Of a DNA stretch of 64,000 nucleotides, positions 23,295 to 36,409 are shown piece after piece (the first letter of the stretch is position 1; the number at the start of each line of letters is the position of its first letter). A model generated the notes under the pieces. The model made no database searches. It was not told the DNA's origin and saw only the letters and a program-made list of their open reading frames with translations. This stretch comes from Octopus sinensis (Eukaryota), in assembly GCF_006345805.1 (NCBI RefSeq), contig NC_043016.1, positions 28,396,001 to 28,460,000 of the forward strand, read 5' to 3'. The position numbers were made by a program, and so were the translations under genes.

Positions 23295-24563
23295 CGAGGG
23301 GCGTTCAATAAGTAATGCCCCTGACCCACTTGCAGTTGTTTGATCTAGCTGAAATTTTGCATGTGCACTTATTTATACCTCTATAGATTAAGTGGCAAAT
23401 TACAGCTCTGAACTAATTGTGGTTTCTGATTTACAGGTGTTTGAACTGAGTCAAGTGTGAAATGGAGCCTGTTGAGTGTCGAGCAGTGATCTGGTTTTTG
23501 TATTTGAAAGGACGCACACCACGGGAGACTTTTGATGAAATGAAAGTAACTTATGGTGATGATGCCCCATCATATGACCTTGTAAAACGCTGGCATCGTA
23601 AATTCAAACATAGTCGGAACTCTGTGGAAACAGCTCCCAGATCTGGTCGCCCCCTTCTGCCGTTGATGAGACGTCTGTCCGTCAAGTTGAGGCTGCCATT
23701 TTGGAAGGTCAACGCATAACTATTCGCCAAATAGCTTATAAGGTCAAGATTAGTACCGGGTCTGTGAAAACTATCATTCATGACCATTTGCATATGCAAA
23801 AGGTGTCTGCCAGATGGATTTCCAGGTTGCTCACACCTTTCTAGAAGCAAGAACGCGTTGAGTGCTCGAGGATGAATTTGGAGATGTGCCAAGAAGATGA
23901 GTCAAAATTTTTCAAAAGACTGATCACACAGGATAAAACCTGGGTCCATCACTATGATCCATAGACCAAAGCCCAGTCAATGCAGTGAAAGCACCGTGAC
24001 TCACCTCCTCCAAAGAAGGCAAGGGTGCAGCCCTCCGCTGACAAGGTTATGCTCACAGTCTTCTGGGCCCAGGACGGAGTAGTGATGGCAGATTTCCTGG
24101 CAAAGGGTACCACAATTACAGGAGCCTACTATGCTTCACTTTTGAGGAAATTAAGAGAAGCTATCAAAATCAAGAGGCGGGGCAAGATCAGCAAAGGCAT
24201 CCTCCTCCTGCAGGACAACGCTCCGGTCCACAACTCGCGTGTCACCAGATCAGAAGCATAGGCGTGCAGCTATGAACTCCTCCCCTTGCACCCTCTAATT
24301 TTCACCTCTTCCCAGCCATGAAGTTGATTCTGAAAGGAAAGCGTTTCCCAGATGATGCAGCCTTGATTTCTGAAGTCATGTCGTGGTTGGAGGACCAAGC
24401 TGGGTTCTTCTACAAAAACGGTCTCCAGAGCTGTATCAAACGATGGGAGAAATGCATAACTCTGGGTAGTTCCTATGTAGGAAAAGACTAATAACTGTGC
24501 CAAGTGTCGTTGCTCTACTCTATGGGAAGTGGGTCAGGGGCATTACTTATTGAACGCCCCTCG
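23295..24563 (+). mobile_element. Full-length inactive mariner transposon
   Basis: TIRs cgaggggcgttcaataagtaatgcccctgacccactt and exact inverse, TA TSD; transposase from ATG 23462 with RSGRP, ITQD, LLQDNAPVH; frameshift, stops and damaged YSPDLAP motif. Confidence 0.97.
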
Positions 24564-24690
24564 TATATATATATTTATACTATAAAATTAGATTTAATCC
24601 TAAATCTAATTTTTCCCTGTAAGTTTGGATTTACTCCCTAATATTATTATTATATATATATATATATATATACATACATACATACATACA

Positions 24691-24725
<35 letters not shown>

Positions 24726-26030
24726 CACCTTCTTCCCTTCCCCTTACCTAATCTTCATCTCTCACTTCCCCACACATTCTTGTAATCTTCACCTATCCAC
24801 ATCCCTGGTCCCTCTAATTCCAGTCATATCTACACACATTCTACACCTCTATTTTATCTCTCTTTCTCTTCTGGCACCTCTCTTCATACTTTAACCCTTC
24901 ATCTTCTAATACAAAGCTGTCTTTCTAGGGGTTTGTAGGCTCGCAAGTTGCATGGCCACCTCACTAGTGCTGGCAGCATGAAAACTGCACCCAATAAATA
25001 CGGTAAAGTGGTTTGCATTAGGAAGGATATATCCAGTTGTAGAAATCCTGCTAAAGCAGACATTTGAGTACAATGCAGTCCATTGACCATTACATCCTTT
25101 CAAACAATACCAACATGGAACACAGATGTTAGACAATGACGATGATAAGGAAAAGTACAAGTGTTAGACAATTAATTGCCTACGAATTAAAATTTCTTGT
25201 TCCTGTCAGTTTCCATGTGTCATCCACAACATGACACTACCTCTTCCCACTCTCTCTGTTACACATACACGCACGAATGTGTGTATGTAGTGTAGGTTGT
25301 GGTGTGGATGAAGTAATGTCCTTATTGGGAGTATGACTGTCTAGTCACTGACTAATCTTGTTTACTGGGAAAAAACTAATTGAAGTTCTGTTAATTAATC
25401 TCTAAATACGTAATGTCTACTCCTTCTTCAATATCGGCTTCATTTCCAGATTTTTCTAAGTGGCATCAGTTGTCATTAAGGCAAAGCATTTCCTAATTAG
25501 TCAAAACTATCACAAGCCACACATTTTGGAATATTCATAGGTGGAATACTTTTCACTGTATTTTTTTTTATTCAGAAAACCTTGAACATAGGTCAGCCCT
25601 TATTGAATAAAACTTTGATTAAAGGGATTCCAGCAGTGACTATCCTATCTCTATTTCAGACATTACATATTTAAACTCCATTATTCTTGATGTTCATTTA
25701 TTCATCTTTTTGAAGATAGTAGAGTGAAGATGAATTCAGATTTTGGTTGTTATTTTTAGCAAATGGAGTGACCATGTAGAGTGACAACTTGTATTAGCAG
25801 TTGTGAAGAATATTACTAGTGTTATCCTACATCAGTCATTTGATGTTAACTATTGTTCTAGTTCAGGAATTTTGATGTACTTTTTGAGAATGAATGTAAA
25901 GATTTGATAATATTTTCAAAACATTCTCTCTTCATGGTATTATGATCCATAATGTGTTGAGAGATCAGATCATGGATTACATTATGCCCGTCATTCCTAC
26001 TTCTTGAATTAAGCAGACATGATTCTAAGG

Positions 26031-26950
26031 CAGGGCTTCTTAACCATTTTCATTGTCTTACCCCTTGAGACTCTCCAAAGTATTACCGTGACTCCTATAA
26101 TAAATTTTGTAATGGGGAACTTTGCATAAAGGTAAGATAAAACAAAACTATATGAAGATCCTAACTTATTGAAAATGTTACAAATAAAAGACCTTGAAAA
26201 ATTCTACAAGTGTTAAAAAATGCATGGATCACAGAACATCATACAAAACCAACTTATTCACTCAGTGGTAATGTTAATATTGTTTTGCACTCATTAGTAC
26301 ATCAAAGGGAGGAGCAATGCTTGGCAGACAACACCTCATGTTGGCGTAAATCACAAACTTATTGCATACCTTTGTTTTCAGTGCCTTTGTTGCTGAGAAT
26401 CCAGTCTTGCAAGGATAGATTGAGGTGGACTTGGTCAGCATGGTTGGAGCACGAAATGAAAGAAAAGGAAAGTTGTCCTTCAGTTTACCCTGGTATTGGA
26501 AGCTCTTGTTCAGAAAAATCAACTTTCAACAAAGTATCCTCACAAATTTAGAGAAATCCTAACTTCGCAGCAACATCAATGTCACTGATGGCATTGTTCT
26601 TCACTGAAAAGAGTTTGCAGATCCACACATCAGTACAGTGGTCATGCAATCCTGGGAAGTAGCTTTTGATGATGTCATTGCCAGGAGATGAGCTGAGATC
26701 TCTTCATGGAAACTGCATTCAGCTTCTGGCATAGAATCCAGGATAGTTGTCATGTGAGGAAAGAAAGTTGTGTCACTGTCCCAAACTCTTTTCTGGTAAA
26801 GTTGAATTTTACACATGAATGCTACAATGCAATGTCTCAAATACATGAAATAAATTACTTTCTCCCCAAAACTCCATGACTTCCACACTTTCCGAGACCC
26901 CAAACAACCCCCTCCCGCCGGGGTCACAACCCACAAGTTAAGAGTTGCTG
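26031..26950 (-). mobile_element. Internally deleted hAT (Buster/Charlie) transposon
   Basis: TIRs cagggcttcttaac / gttaagagttgctg; TSD ttctaagg / ttctaaga; minus-strand YPCKTGFSATKALKTK..NMRCCLPSIAPPFDVLMSAKQ resembles the hAT dimerisation domain. Confidence 0.85.
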
Positions 26951-27319
26951 TTCTAAGATGAAGAATTGGTACAGGCATTACAGCATTGGACAGAATGCCT
27001 TTGACATTCATTCCAATTCTCTGAGGTTTGAGTTCAAATCCCAACTGAGGTCTGCTTTGCCGTTCATCCTTTCAAGGTTAATAAACAAATAGTAATCCAT
27101 GCTGGCAGTGGGTTGGTGAAACTGTCTTAGTATCAGATGAGGTGTCTATTTCTGAGTTCAAATCCACTCAGGATCAACTTTGCCTTTCCTCTTTTCAGGC
27201 TCAATAAACAAATAACAAACTCAGAGTGGTGGTGGCGGTGGCGGTGGTGGTGGTAGTGAGTTGATGGAACTGTTTGAACATCATGCAAGATACTGCCTTG
27301 TGATATTTGTTCTAACACT

Positions 27320-27812
27320 CAGCATTTTTGACAGCAATGCTTACACTGACACTGGTACCAATCTGTTTCAACTTCCCTGGGCATGGATACATTGAAACTT
27401 CAATGTCTGGCAGCTGACTTGGCAGACACCCATAAAATTATTAACCATCTTACTAACAATAACTCTGAGCACCTTTTCAAACTCCACCTATCTAACACCC
27501 ATGAACAATTTTACAAAGTCAGAAAACAGCACAGCTCCCATGGCTTTCGGAAACATTTTTTCATACTAAGAGCTGCTGAAGCATGGAACAAACTGCCGGC
27601 ATCAGTTGTTAGTTGTCGGAGCACTGCATCCTTCAAAACTTCCATGCTTCCTGAGATTCGCCAACACTACACCTGATTTCCTCCCCTCCATACACATGCA
27701 AGCATGTATCTGACTCATAAATTGTTCACTTTCCAGACATTTGTACATTACTGCATATACTTTATACACACTTTTGACATGTTGCAGTGCACCTGAGCAC
27801 TGTATACAATAA
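27320..27812 (+). mobile_element. 3' end of a CR1/L2-group LINE
   Basis: TLKLQCLAADL...RKHFFILRAAEAWNKLPASVV..STASFK. Confidence 0.8.
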
Positions 27813-27814
27813 TT

Positions 27815-27930
27815 TCATCGTCATTGTCATCGTCAGCATCAGCAGCATCATCATCATCATCATCATCATCATCACCATCACCACTACTACCACCACCACC
27901 GCCATCACCACCACCACCACCACCACCACC

Positions 27931-27996
<66 letters not shown>
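27815..27996. repeat. Compound trinucleotide array (CAT/CAC/CAT/TAT)
   Basis: Directly visible at the LINE tail. Confidence 0.95.
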
Positions 27997-27998
<2 letters not shown>

Positions 27999-28066
27999 AG
28001 CAGTGATCTTTTGGACACCATCAGTGGCATGCAGAAGTGAGACTTGCATGCATGAATAACGGCTAG

Positions 28067-28462
28067 TCTTTATATATAAAAGTAAGGTTGTGTGCTGTCT
28101 GTCTCCTACAATTTAGATTCCTAACTACTCCCACATTTTGCGGTGCAGTTTAACCAAAACTGGGTATCTTATAGTCGTGATTCTTATCGAGCCCTTCTAG
28201 GTATTAGTGCGCGTCTACGATGAGTCTACGATTTAAAAAAAAATTTACCATGAATTTTTCCCATTTTTAATGCATTTTTGGCATATATAAGGGAAGTAAC
28301 TCTCTAAAAATTTATTATTAAATCTCAGAACGTAAAAAGCCACAGTAACACCCCCCCTTTGTGGTTAGCCATATTGAGATGGCTATTATACTTTACATCT
28401 CTAAAAATGCTTATATAGTCATTTCCCTTACAAACCCGAGCAATGCCGGGCGATACTGCTAG
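28067..28462 (+). mobile_element. Non-autonomous Helitron
   Basis: 5' TCtttatatataaaag; 3' cccgagcaatgccggg hairpin then CTAG|T. Confidence 0.75.
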
Positions 28463-28674
28463 TATTCCATAAAATAAACCTTACTCACTCCTGCATGGAG
28501 TGGCTGTATGGACACATTGAACTCTGCCCATTAGGGTACTCAGACATCCATGGTTCAACTCAAGTCAGAAAGCGTGTTACCTATTTTTATCCTTAATTGG
28601 TTCTTATAAGACTGAGCCCTTTTAAAATGAACATCTTAGCATCAGGTAATTTTTTCCTGGCTCTTGCATGCCAT

Positions 28675-29093
28675 ACTCTTTACTCTTTTTCTCTTTTACT
28701 TGTTTCAGTCATTTGACTCTGGACATGCTGGAGCACTGCCTTTAGTCAAGCAAATCGACCCCAGGACTTATTCTTTGTAAGCCTAGTACTTATTCTATCG
28801 CTCTCTTTTTGCCAAACAGCTAAGTTACAGGGACGTAAATGCACCAGCATCGGTTGTCAAGCAATGTTGGGGACAAACACAGACACACAGACACACAAAC
28901 ACACACACACACATATATATATACATATATATGACAGGTTTCTTTCAGTTTCCGTCTACCAAATCCACTCACAAGGCTTTGCTTGGCCCGAGGCTATAGT
29001 AGAAGACACTTACCCAAGGTGCCATGCCGTAGGACTGAACCCGGAACTATGTAGTTTGTAAGCAAGCTACTTACCACACAGCCACTCTTACGC
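28675..29093 (-). mobile_element. SINE family A
   Basis: Complete reverse-complement copy including tail. Confidence 0.92.
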
Positions 29094-30329
29094 CATGGAT
29101 ATTTTATAGTCAGAATTAACAGAAATAACGGTTATTATTAAAGTTATGTTTAATGTAGTGAGCTGAAAGAATCATTAGCAAGCTGGACAAAATGTTTAGT
29201 GGAATTTCTTCTGGCTTTACATTCCGAGTTCAAATTCTGCTGAGCTTGACCTTGCCTTTCTCCCTTTTAGAGGTAATAGAAAAAGTACCAGTTAAGCGCT
29301 GGGGGCCAATGTAATCAACAAGCCCCTTCCCACAAGATTCCAGGCCATATGGCTATAGAAGAAAGAATTATTAGAGTTATGTTAAAGAACTTTAAGTGGT
29401 AGTAATGGTAAAATGAGAGAGGGAGAGGGAGAGAGAGGGTGTGGGTGGGGGAATAATAAAACTGTCAATAAGATCACAATGCTCAGAGTCTAAATCCAGA
29501 TGGTACCAGTTCCCTTTTTAGTTTTTCCAGGATTAATAAAATTATTACTAGCCAGTTGTGGCTGAATTAATTGATCTACCCATCATCCAAATCTGTCACC
29601 TTATGCTTGTGTTAATAATAATAATCATTTTTATTACATTTGAGAAAAATGAGTAGCAGAAATGAGTGCCAGAACAAAATGCCATGTGGAATTTAAGTCT
29701 TTTTACATTTTGTGTTTAAATTCCACTGGGGTTGACACAATATTTCATTCCTCTATGGTTTATACAACAAGTACCAGAAATGCACTGGAAGTCAATTAAA
29801 TCAACTATACCTCTTCTCCACCCCTATAAATTATGGATTTGTGCCAAATTTAGAAACTATTATTATAGTTATATTTCAGAACTTTCTTTAAAAACAAGTT
29901 TGCCTTTTCAGTCAATGATAATTACGCAAAAGAGCTTTTGGAATGTTAATTAACAAGTAATAATTCGCTTGGAATTAAATTGGTATTAATAACAGCAGAC
30001 ATTGGTTTGGGGGAATGGGAAGAGAAGTGTTAGCACTTACATTAGGTAGTCAAAACAAAACAGAGTAACAGTAATAAATACATTTTAGGAAAGCTATTTT
30101 AAAATGTATTTCCATCTTAATTCTTTTCACACTACCTTTGGCTCTGTTATGCAAATTTCCTATTTAAAAGCAATCTAAATTAAAAACTTCCATCAAAATT
30201 TTATGTTAACTTATGTTCTAAATGCCAGCTTAATAATAACAAAATGATTTTACTAAATTCTTTGTTATTTTCCAAAATTAATTGAAACAACAGTAGTACA
30301 TTTAACTGCATTATGGTAATGAAAGGGTT

Positions 30330-31090
30330 GGAGGTGCAATGGCCTAGTGGTTAAGCAGCAGACTCACAGGCGTAGGATCACTGTTTCAATTCCCAGACTG
30401 GGCATTGTGAGTGTTTATTGAGCAAAAACACCTAAAGCTCCACAAGCTCTGACAGGGGTGGTGGTGAACTCTGCTGTACTCTTTCACCACAACTTTCTCT
30501 CACTCTTACTTCCTGTTTCTGTTGTACCTGTATTTCAAAGGGCCAGCCTTGTCACACTCTGTGTCATGCTGAATCTCCCCGAGAACTACATTAAGGGTAC
30601 ACATGACTGTGGAGTGCTCAGCCACTTACACATTAATTTCATGAGTAGACTGTTCCATTGATCGGATCAACTGGAACCCTCGTCATCGTAACCGACGCAG
30701 TGCCGATATATATATATGAGCAGAACAATGGACGGTGCTGAGTTATCAAACATTTAAATTCACTCTTTCTTCCTGTTTCAAAGGGTCAGCCTTGTCACTC
30801 TCTGTGTCATGCTGAATCTCCCCAAGAACTACATTAAGGGTACATGTGTCTGTGGAGTGCTCAGCCACTTGCACGTTAATAAATGAGCTGCAACATCACT
30901 GGTGCCAAGCTGTATCGGCTTTTGCCTTTCTCTTGGATAACATCGGTGGTGTGGAGAGGGAGAGGGGAGGCTGGTATGCGTGGGCGACTGCTGGTCTTCC
31001 ATAAAACAACCTTGCCCAGACTTGTGCCACGGAGGGTAACCTTCCAGGTGTAATCCCATGGTCATTCATGACCAAAGGGGGTCACAATAT
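30330..31090 (+). mobile_element. SINE family C composite flanked by a 17-bp direct repeat
   Basis: Head ggaggtgcaatggcctagtggtta...gtttcaattcc; internal segment duplicated near 30770-30880; atggtaatga(a/c)agggtt at 30313-30329 and 31091-31107. Confidence 0.75.
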
Positions 31091-31459
31091 ATGGTAATGA
31101 CAGGGTTAAAGAGAACATGCTGTGTATGAAGGAGTTCCCTTTCTTGCTCTCTGCATTTAGATAAACTTTGAAAAGTACTAAGTCTAAAAGTGACCAGTAA
31201 CCACTACTATTTATAGAAGAATCTTACCAATAATTTTCTATGTTATTTTTTTTGCTTCATCTTCACATCCATTTTTTACCATGCTAGCATAGGTTGGATG
31301 TTTATATTACTGAAGCATTATTTCACAGCTGGATGCCCTTCTTGTCAGTAACTCTAATTTGTTTTTCAAGTGAGGAATCTTTTATTTCACACATATTTCA
31401 AAAGTGTGAGGCAAAGCAGAAGATTTGTTGGAAGAAAATGTAACAATGTCACTGCATGT

Positions 31460-31825
31460 AACTCTCTCTCTCTCCCTCTCTCTCTCACACACACACATAC
31501 ATGCACACATACATTCACACAGACTCATGTGCATACACACACATGCATGCACACATACATTCACACACACACACATGTATGTACACACACACATGTATGT
31601 ACACACACACATGCATGTACACACACATGCATTCACATGGACATTCACACATACACATGTGCACACACACACACACACACGTGCATGCACATACATTCAC
31701 TCACACACACACATACACATGCATGCACATGAACATTCTTACACACACACACATGTGCACACACATGCATGCACATACAATCACACACACACCTGCATGC
31801 ACATACACACACACACACACGTGCA
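31460..31825. repeat. (CT)n then degenerate (CA)n/(CATG) array
   Basis: Directly visible; source of HTHT ORFs. Confidence 0.95.
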
Positions 31826-32352
31826 CACGAATCAGGCTTCTTTCAGTTTCAATCTACCAAATTTATACACAAGCCCTTGGTCAGCCTGACACTATAGAAG
31901 AAAATATCTGTTTCTAATAATTTGAATCTAGAATCATTGTAACTATTACTCACCAAGAAACTAAAGTATAACATTTAATGATGAAATACAATTTTAGAAA
32001 AGGGGTGAGATATTATGTGGTCACTCAACATGCTGGAAATAGGAGCCAAAACTCTCTCAAGTAAAATACATTCTTCACACAACAATATCTGTTATGATAA
32101 ATTTTAAACTGATAAATACTTTGTTTATAGTTTAGAAAATCATATCTTCATAGTCCATTGATCTGCAAGAATTAACAGCTAAATTTGCTTACAATGTTTT
32201 AAAAGGGAAAGAAAACATTGAATAATGCAACCTGAATTTTTTTTTTTTTCATTTGCTGGGTCTTGAAGAAGGGACAGTGCCTATCATCTTTGCAGCCTCT
32301 ACTCCAAGGACTGATGAAATTGATGTCTTTAATGTTCAGTTTATATTACTGC

Positions 32353-33215
32353 AGTTGTGGTTAAAGAATACAGTAGGGTTCCCCCCACCCCACCTCAGAG
32401 CCTTGTGGAGCTTAGGTGTTTTTGCTCAATAAACACTCACAATGTCTGGGTATCGAAACCGCGTTCTTTGGACCGCGAGTCCGCTGCCCTAACCACTGGA
32501 CCATTGCACCTCCACTAGTGTAGTTGTTGCTGTTAATGACTGATAGTTGCTGCTGCTGCACATGGAGACATCCTAGAATGCATCCAAAACAAAAAGCCAT
32601 GTGAGTGAATTACATAAAGCACACACAGACACTCTCCAGCCCCAGTCCACTGGTGTGCAAAGGGCTCTAAAAGGCTGATATTTTATGTATGTAGAAGAGG
32701 GAACAGGAAGTCAGGGCATAATGGTTAATGCTAAGACTTGGACATGGTAAGGGTGATTGGAAGAGGAAATATCAGTCAGATGGGAATGCTTGAGCAGAGG
32801 AGGCATTAACTCAGCAGCTCCAAAGGAGCAGCGACTGTGATAGTAGTGGTGGCAAAGGTAGAGAGAGGAGACAACATACCAGTGGACTGAGGCTGGAGAG
32901 TGTCTGTGTGTGTGTTTTATGTAATTCACTCATGTGGCTTTTTGTTTTGGATGCATTCTAGGATGTCTACGTATGCAGCAGCAGCAGCAGTAGAAGAAGC
33001 GGCAGCAACTAGCAGCCATTAACAGCAACAACTACACTAGTGGAGGCACAATAGTCTAGTGGTTAGGGCAGCGGACTCACAGTCCTAAGAATGCAGTTTC
33101 GATCCCCAGATTGGGCATTGTGAGTGTTTATTGAGCAAAAAACACCTAAGCTCCGTGAGGCTCTGGTGGGGAGAGGGGGCGGTGAACCCCACTGTACTCT
33201 TTCACCACAACTTTC
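32353..33215. repeat. Inverted duplication (arms about 300 bp, spacer about 220 bp) containing SINE C heads
   Basis: 32353-32657 mirrors 32876-33215, including cctagaatgcatccaaaacaaaaagcca / tggctttttgttttggatgcattctagg. Confidence 0.9.
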
Positions 33216-33522
33216 TCTCACTCTTTCATCCTACTTCTGCCACAAAGCAGAGGAACTATGGTATAACCCACTATGGTGTGGTAAACTTTCAGACCCTAGT
33301 CTAGATTGTGAATCCTCTGTACCCCAGGATGGTTCAACTCTCCACCCGTTAAAAGCCACCGTTTATGGAATGAGGATAACAACATAGCTTTCGCATGCAT
33401 GCAACCACCAGTCTATCGCGTGTGGTGGGTGGATCTTCAAGTTGCCGCACGCATTCTTTGTAGTTTAGAGTAGGCTCAAATTAGAGATTATTCTTTGTGT
33501 CTAATGGCGTGAGTCCTGACTG

Positions 33523-33610
33523 GAAGAAGAAGAAGAAGAAGAAGAAGAAGAAGAAGAAGAAGAAGAAGAAGAAGAAGAAGAAGAAGAAGAAGAAGGAGGA
33601 GGAGGAGGAG
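33523..33610. repeat. (GAA)n(GGA)n tract
   Basis: Directly visible. Confidence 0.97.
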
Positions 33611-33910
33611 ACAACTACCCTATGCCAGATATGGGAGCAATAATCTACAGTGGGCCTTAATTGAGCTTTGTAAAATGTGTCAGTAATTGTTTGGTGCTAA
33701 TTTAGTGGCACTGAAGAGAAATGCCAGGATTAGTTAAGGATATGATTCTAGCTACAATAAGGATATGTATTCATCAAGAGAGATTCTCTGTGATTGTGTG
33801 TTCTAATATCTAGAGTGATCTTGGGGGTTAAGTTTGAGTGCTGCTCATGTTGAAGTGTGTTGCAATGTCATTTTCTTGATATAAGAAGTGATTTTGTTTT
33901 TTTGTTTGTT

Positions 33911-34290
33911 TCTATCTATCTATCTATCTATCTATCCGCTCAGTCGAAGTCGACTCTCGGTTACTCGATGGATCAGTGTCTTCCAGTCAGTTCTATCCTG
34001 GGTCGCTTCTTTCAGATTGGCTATGGCCCATTCTCGTGTCACTCTTGATGGTGTCAAGCCAGCAGGTTCTTGGTCGGCCTCTTCCTCTCTTGCCACTGAC
34101 CATTCCGAGCATGATGTCCTTCTCCAGGGATTTTCTCCACATAATATGACCAAAATATGCCAATCTGTGCTTGGTGATCCTAGCTTCTAGTGACATTTTC
34201 GGCCTGATCTGCTTAAGAACTTCTCCATTGGTGAGTCTTGTCCATGGAGTCCGTAAAAGTCTTCTCCAACACCAAAGCTTGAATGCTTTG
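33911..34290 (-). mobile_element. RTE/BovB-like LINE 3' fragment with (AGAT)n tail
   Basis: SLEARITKHRLAYFGHIM..SLEKDIMLGMVSGKRGRGRPRTCWLD. Confidence 0.88.
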
Positions 34291-35507
34291 TTTGTTTAAA
34301 GAGATGAGATTAAAAAGGAACACTGGAGAATTCTTATGAGGTCTCCATTCATGAAATGTAGATTAGTGAAGATTTGGGGTGTGTGGTGTTTAGATTACAT
34401 GTGGATGATGTGTGGTTGGGAAGGGGATTAAGGAGGAAGAAAGGCTATATAACCTGTGTAAGAATGGGTATGGCTAGATATGACTGGTTGTAGGTCACTG
34501 ATGTAAAGAAGGAAGAAAGTAGAGAGCAAAAGTGCATCCCTGAGCTGTGGGACACACCAGAATTGATTGAGAGTTGGGTAGAAAGAGCTTCATTATTATA
34601 TGTTTCAATGTTGCAATCTGATAGGAAGCTACCAATTATAGGATGGGTGGAGTCCATAGACAGGAAGTTTTGAGGAGAAATTTACATACCAGACAGGTTT
34701 GAAGGTTTCTTAGATGTCTATGGCATGAACACAGTTTTTACCAAGCTTCTCTGAAACAAGAACCCACTGGAGGGTGACATAAGAGAATAGGTTTGGCTTG
34801 GTAGAAGCTACACTAGTAAGCATTGAGGTCATATACAAATGGTCATACTATGTTTGAAAAAAAAAAGACTGACAGAATATCACTGTTGGAATGTCTTTTG
34901 GTGAAAGGTTTGCTAGATTAAGGCTAACCTAGGCCAAAACAACACAACATACATATAAAACAAACAAACAAAAAATGAAAATAGAACATGTTTGATCATA
35001 ATTAGCTTCACAGAAATTATGGAAAAATTCCATTCAGACCAGAGACCTTGTCTATTTGGCATGAGACCAAGAAAACATTTTGACTTCCGTTTCAATGTCG
35101 ACCATTTCTATCTTTTAGTACAGGTTTGAGGTAGGGGGAGAAAAAAAAAATATGGCAATTTGCCCAAATTAATTAGTGTAGATTTAGAAGAAATATTGTG
35201 TTTGAAATCAGAAGAGGAAAACAGAAGTGAATGAAGAAGATTAAAGGAGGAAGAAGGATATGGGAGAAGATTGTAAATTTCCAATAATGTATAGAGAAAG
35301 AACCTTGTTGGTCAGAAGTCTGGAGAGAAGACAATGTTTGCTGGAAACCTTTCAGTGTTATTCATATATTTACGTTTTTATGAAAGCAACAATTCCTATG
35401 ATTGATAGCAACCCTCGGGAAAACTATAACTATATTTATGAAATATTCTTCTACCGAGAACAAATGTGCATGTATACATGAGAGAATGTCCTTGTGTGCA
35501 TGTATTC

Positions 35508-35548
<41 letters not shown>

Positions 35549-35694
35549 AAGGTGGATGTTAAACGATGGTGGTGGTGACAATGATGATATATATATGTAT
35601 GTGTGTATGTATGTATATATATATACACACACATATATGTAGACAGATTGACAGACAGATAGATTGACAGAGACAGACAGAGCAGAGATACATG

Positions 35695-35725
<31 letters not shown>

Positions 35726-36409
35726 CACACACACACATATATAAAGATAAATATATGTGTGTATGTGTGTGTGTGTGTGTGTTTTGTTATTGTATGTTCA
35801 CACACATGAAATACAGAGATACGTGTATCATCATCACCATTACAATTTTTATGCCTGTTTCCAATGCTAGTGTGGGATGGACAAGTCATTTACAACCATC
35901 AAATAATACCTAGACAAGGATACATGTAAATACATACACACACAAATAAAACATATATATGTACCTCTCTACATACATACATATGTACATGCATACATAC
36001 GTGCATACACACACACACACACACAAACACACACATACACATACAAACAAATACCAGGGTTCTTTCAGTTTCTGTTTACCAAATCCATTCACAAGGCATT
36101 GATTGGCTCAGGTCTATAGTAGAAAACCAACTGCATTGTAGGATTGAACCAACCACATTGTTGTTGGAAAGCAAGCTTCTTTACCTCACAGCTTGCCTGC
36201 ATTGTGCACACACACACTCACACACATCTATATAAATATATTTTGATCCTGTCCCCAATTGTTGCCTTGATATTTTTAGTGTTCTTCTTTCAAATGTTAT
36301 GGGACTAGGTTTGGTTTTATTTTTTATTTAGTCATTTTGATTTATATTAATTTTTTTTTGGTCTTATATTTAATAAGATCAAAATGGAATTTTTTTAATA
36401 TCTGGTGCG

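Larger units (their letters stand above)
32240..35330 (-). mobile_element. Decayed CR1-group (Daphne/Crack-like) LINE with nested insertions
   Basis: Minus-strand SFLSDCNI..INSGVSHSS (34445-34657) and VVSSLYLCHHYYHSRCS..ELMPPLL (32711-32929); 3' UTR ggcactgtcccttcttcaagac plus A-tail near 32240-32285; left/right limits approximate. Confidence 0.65.

Noticed and set aside
25850-26020. piggyBac-like peptide NTMKRECFENIIKSLH on the minus strand
   Set aside because: Single short motif without TTAA/TIR support; too weak to call.
27762-28059. PolyV/polyT/polyP ORFs
   Set aside because: Trinucleotide array at a LINE tail.
35315-35360. CTGGAGA...GAAAC possible hammerhead
   Set aside because: Core mismatch and no convincing stems.
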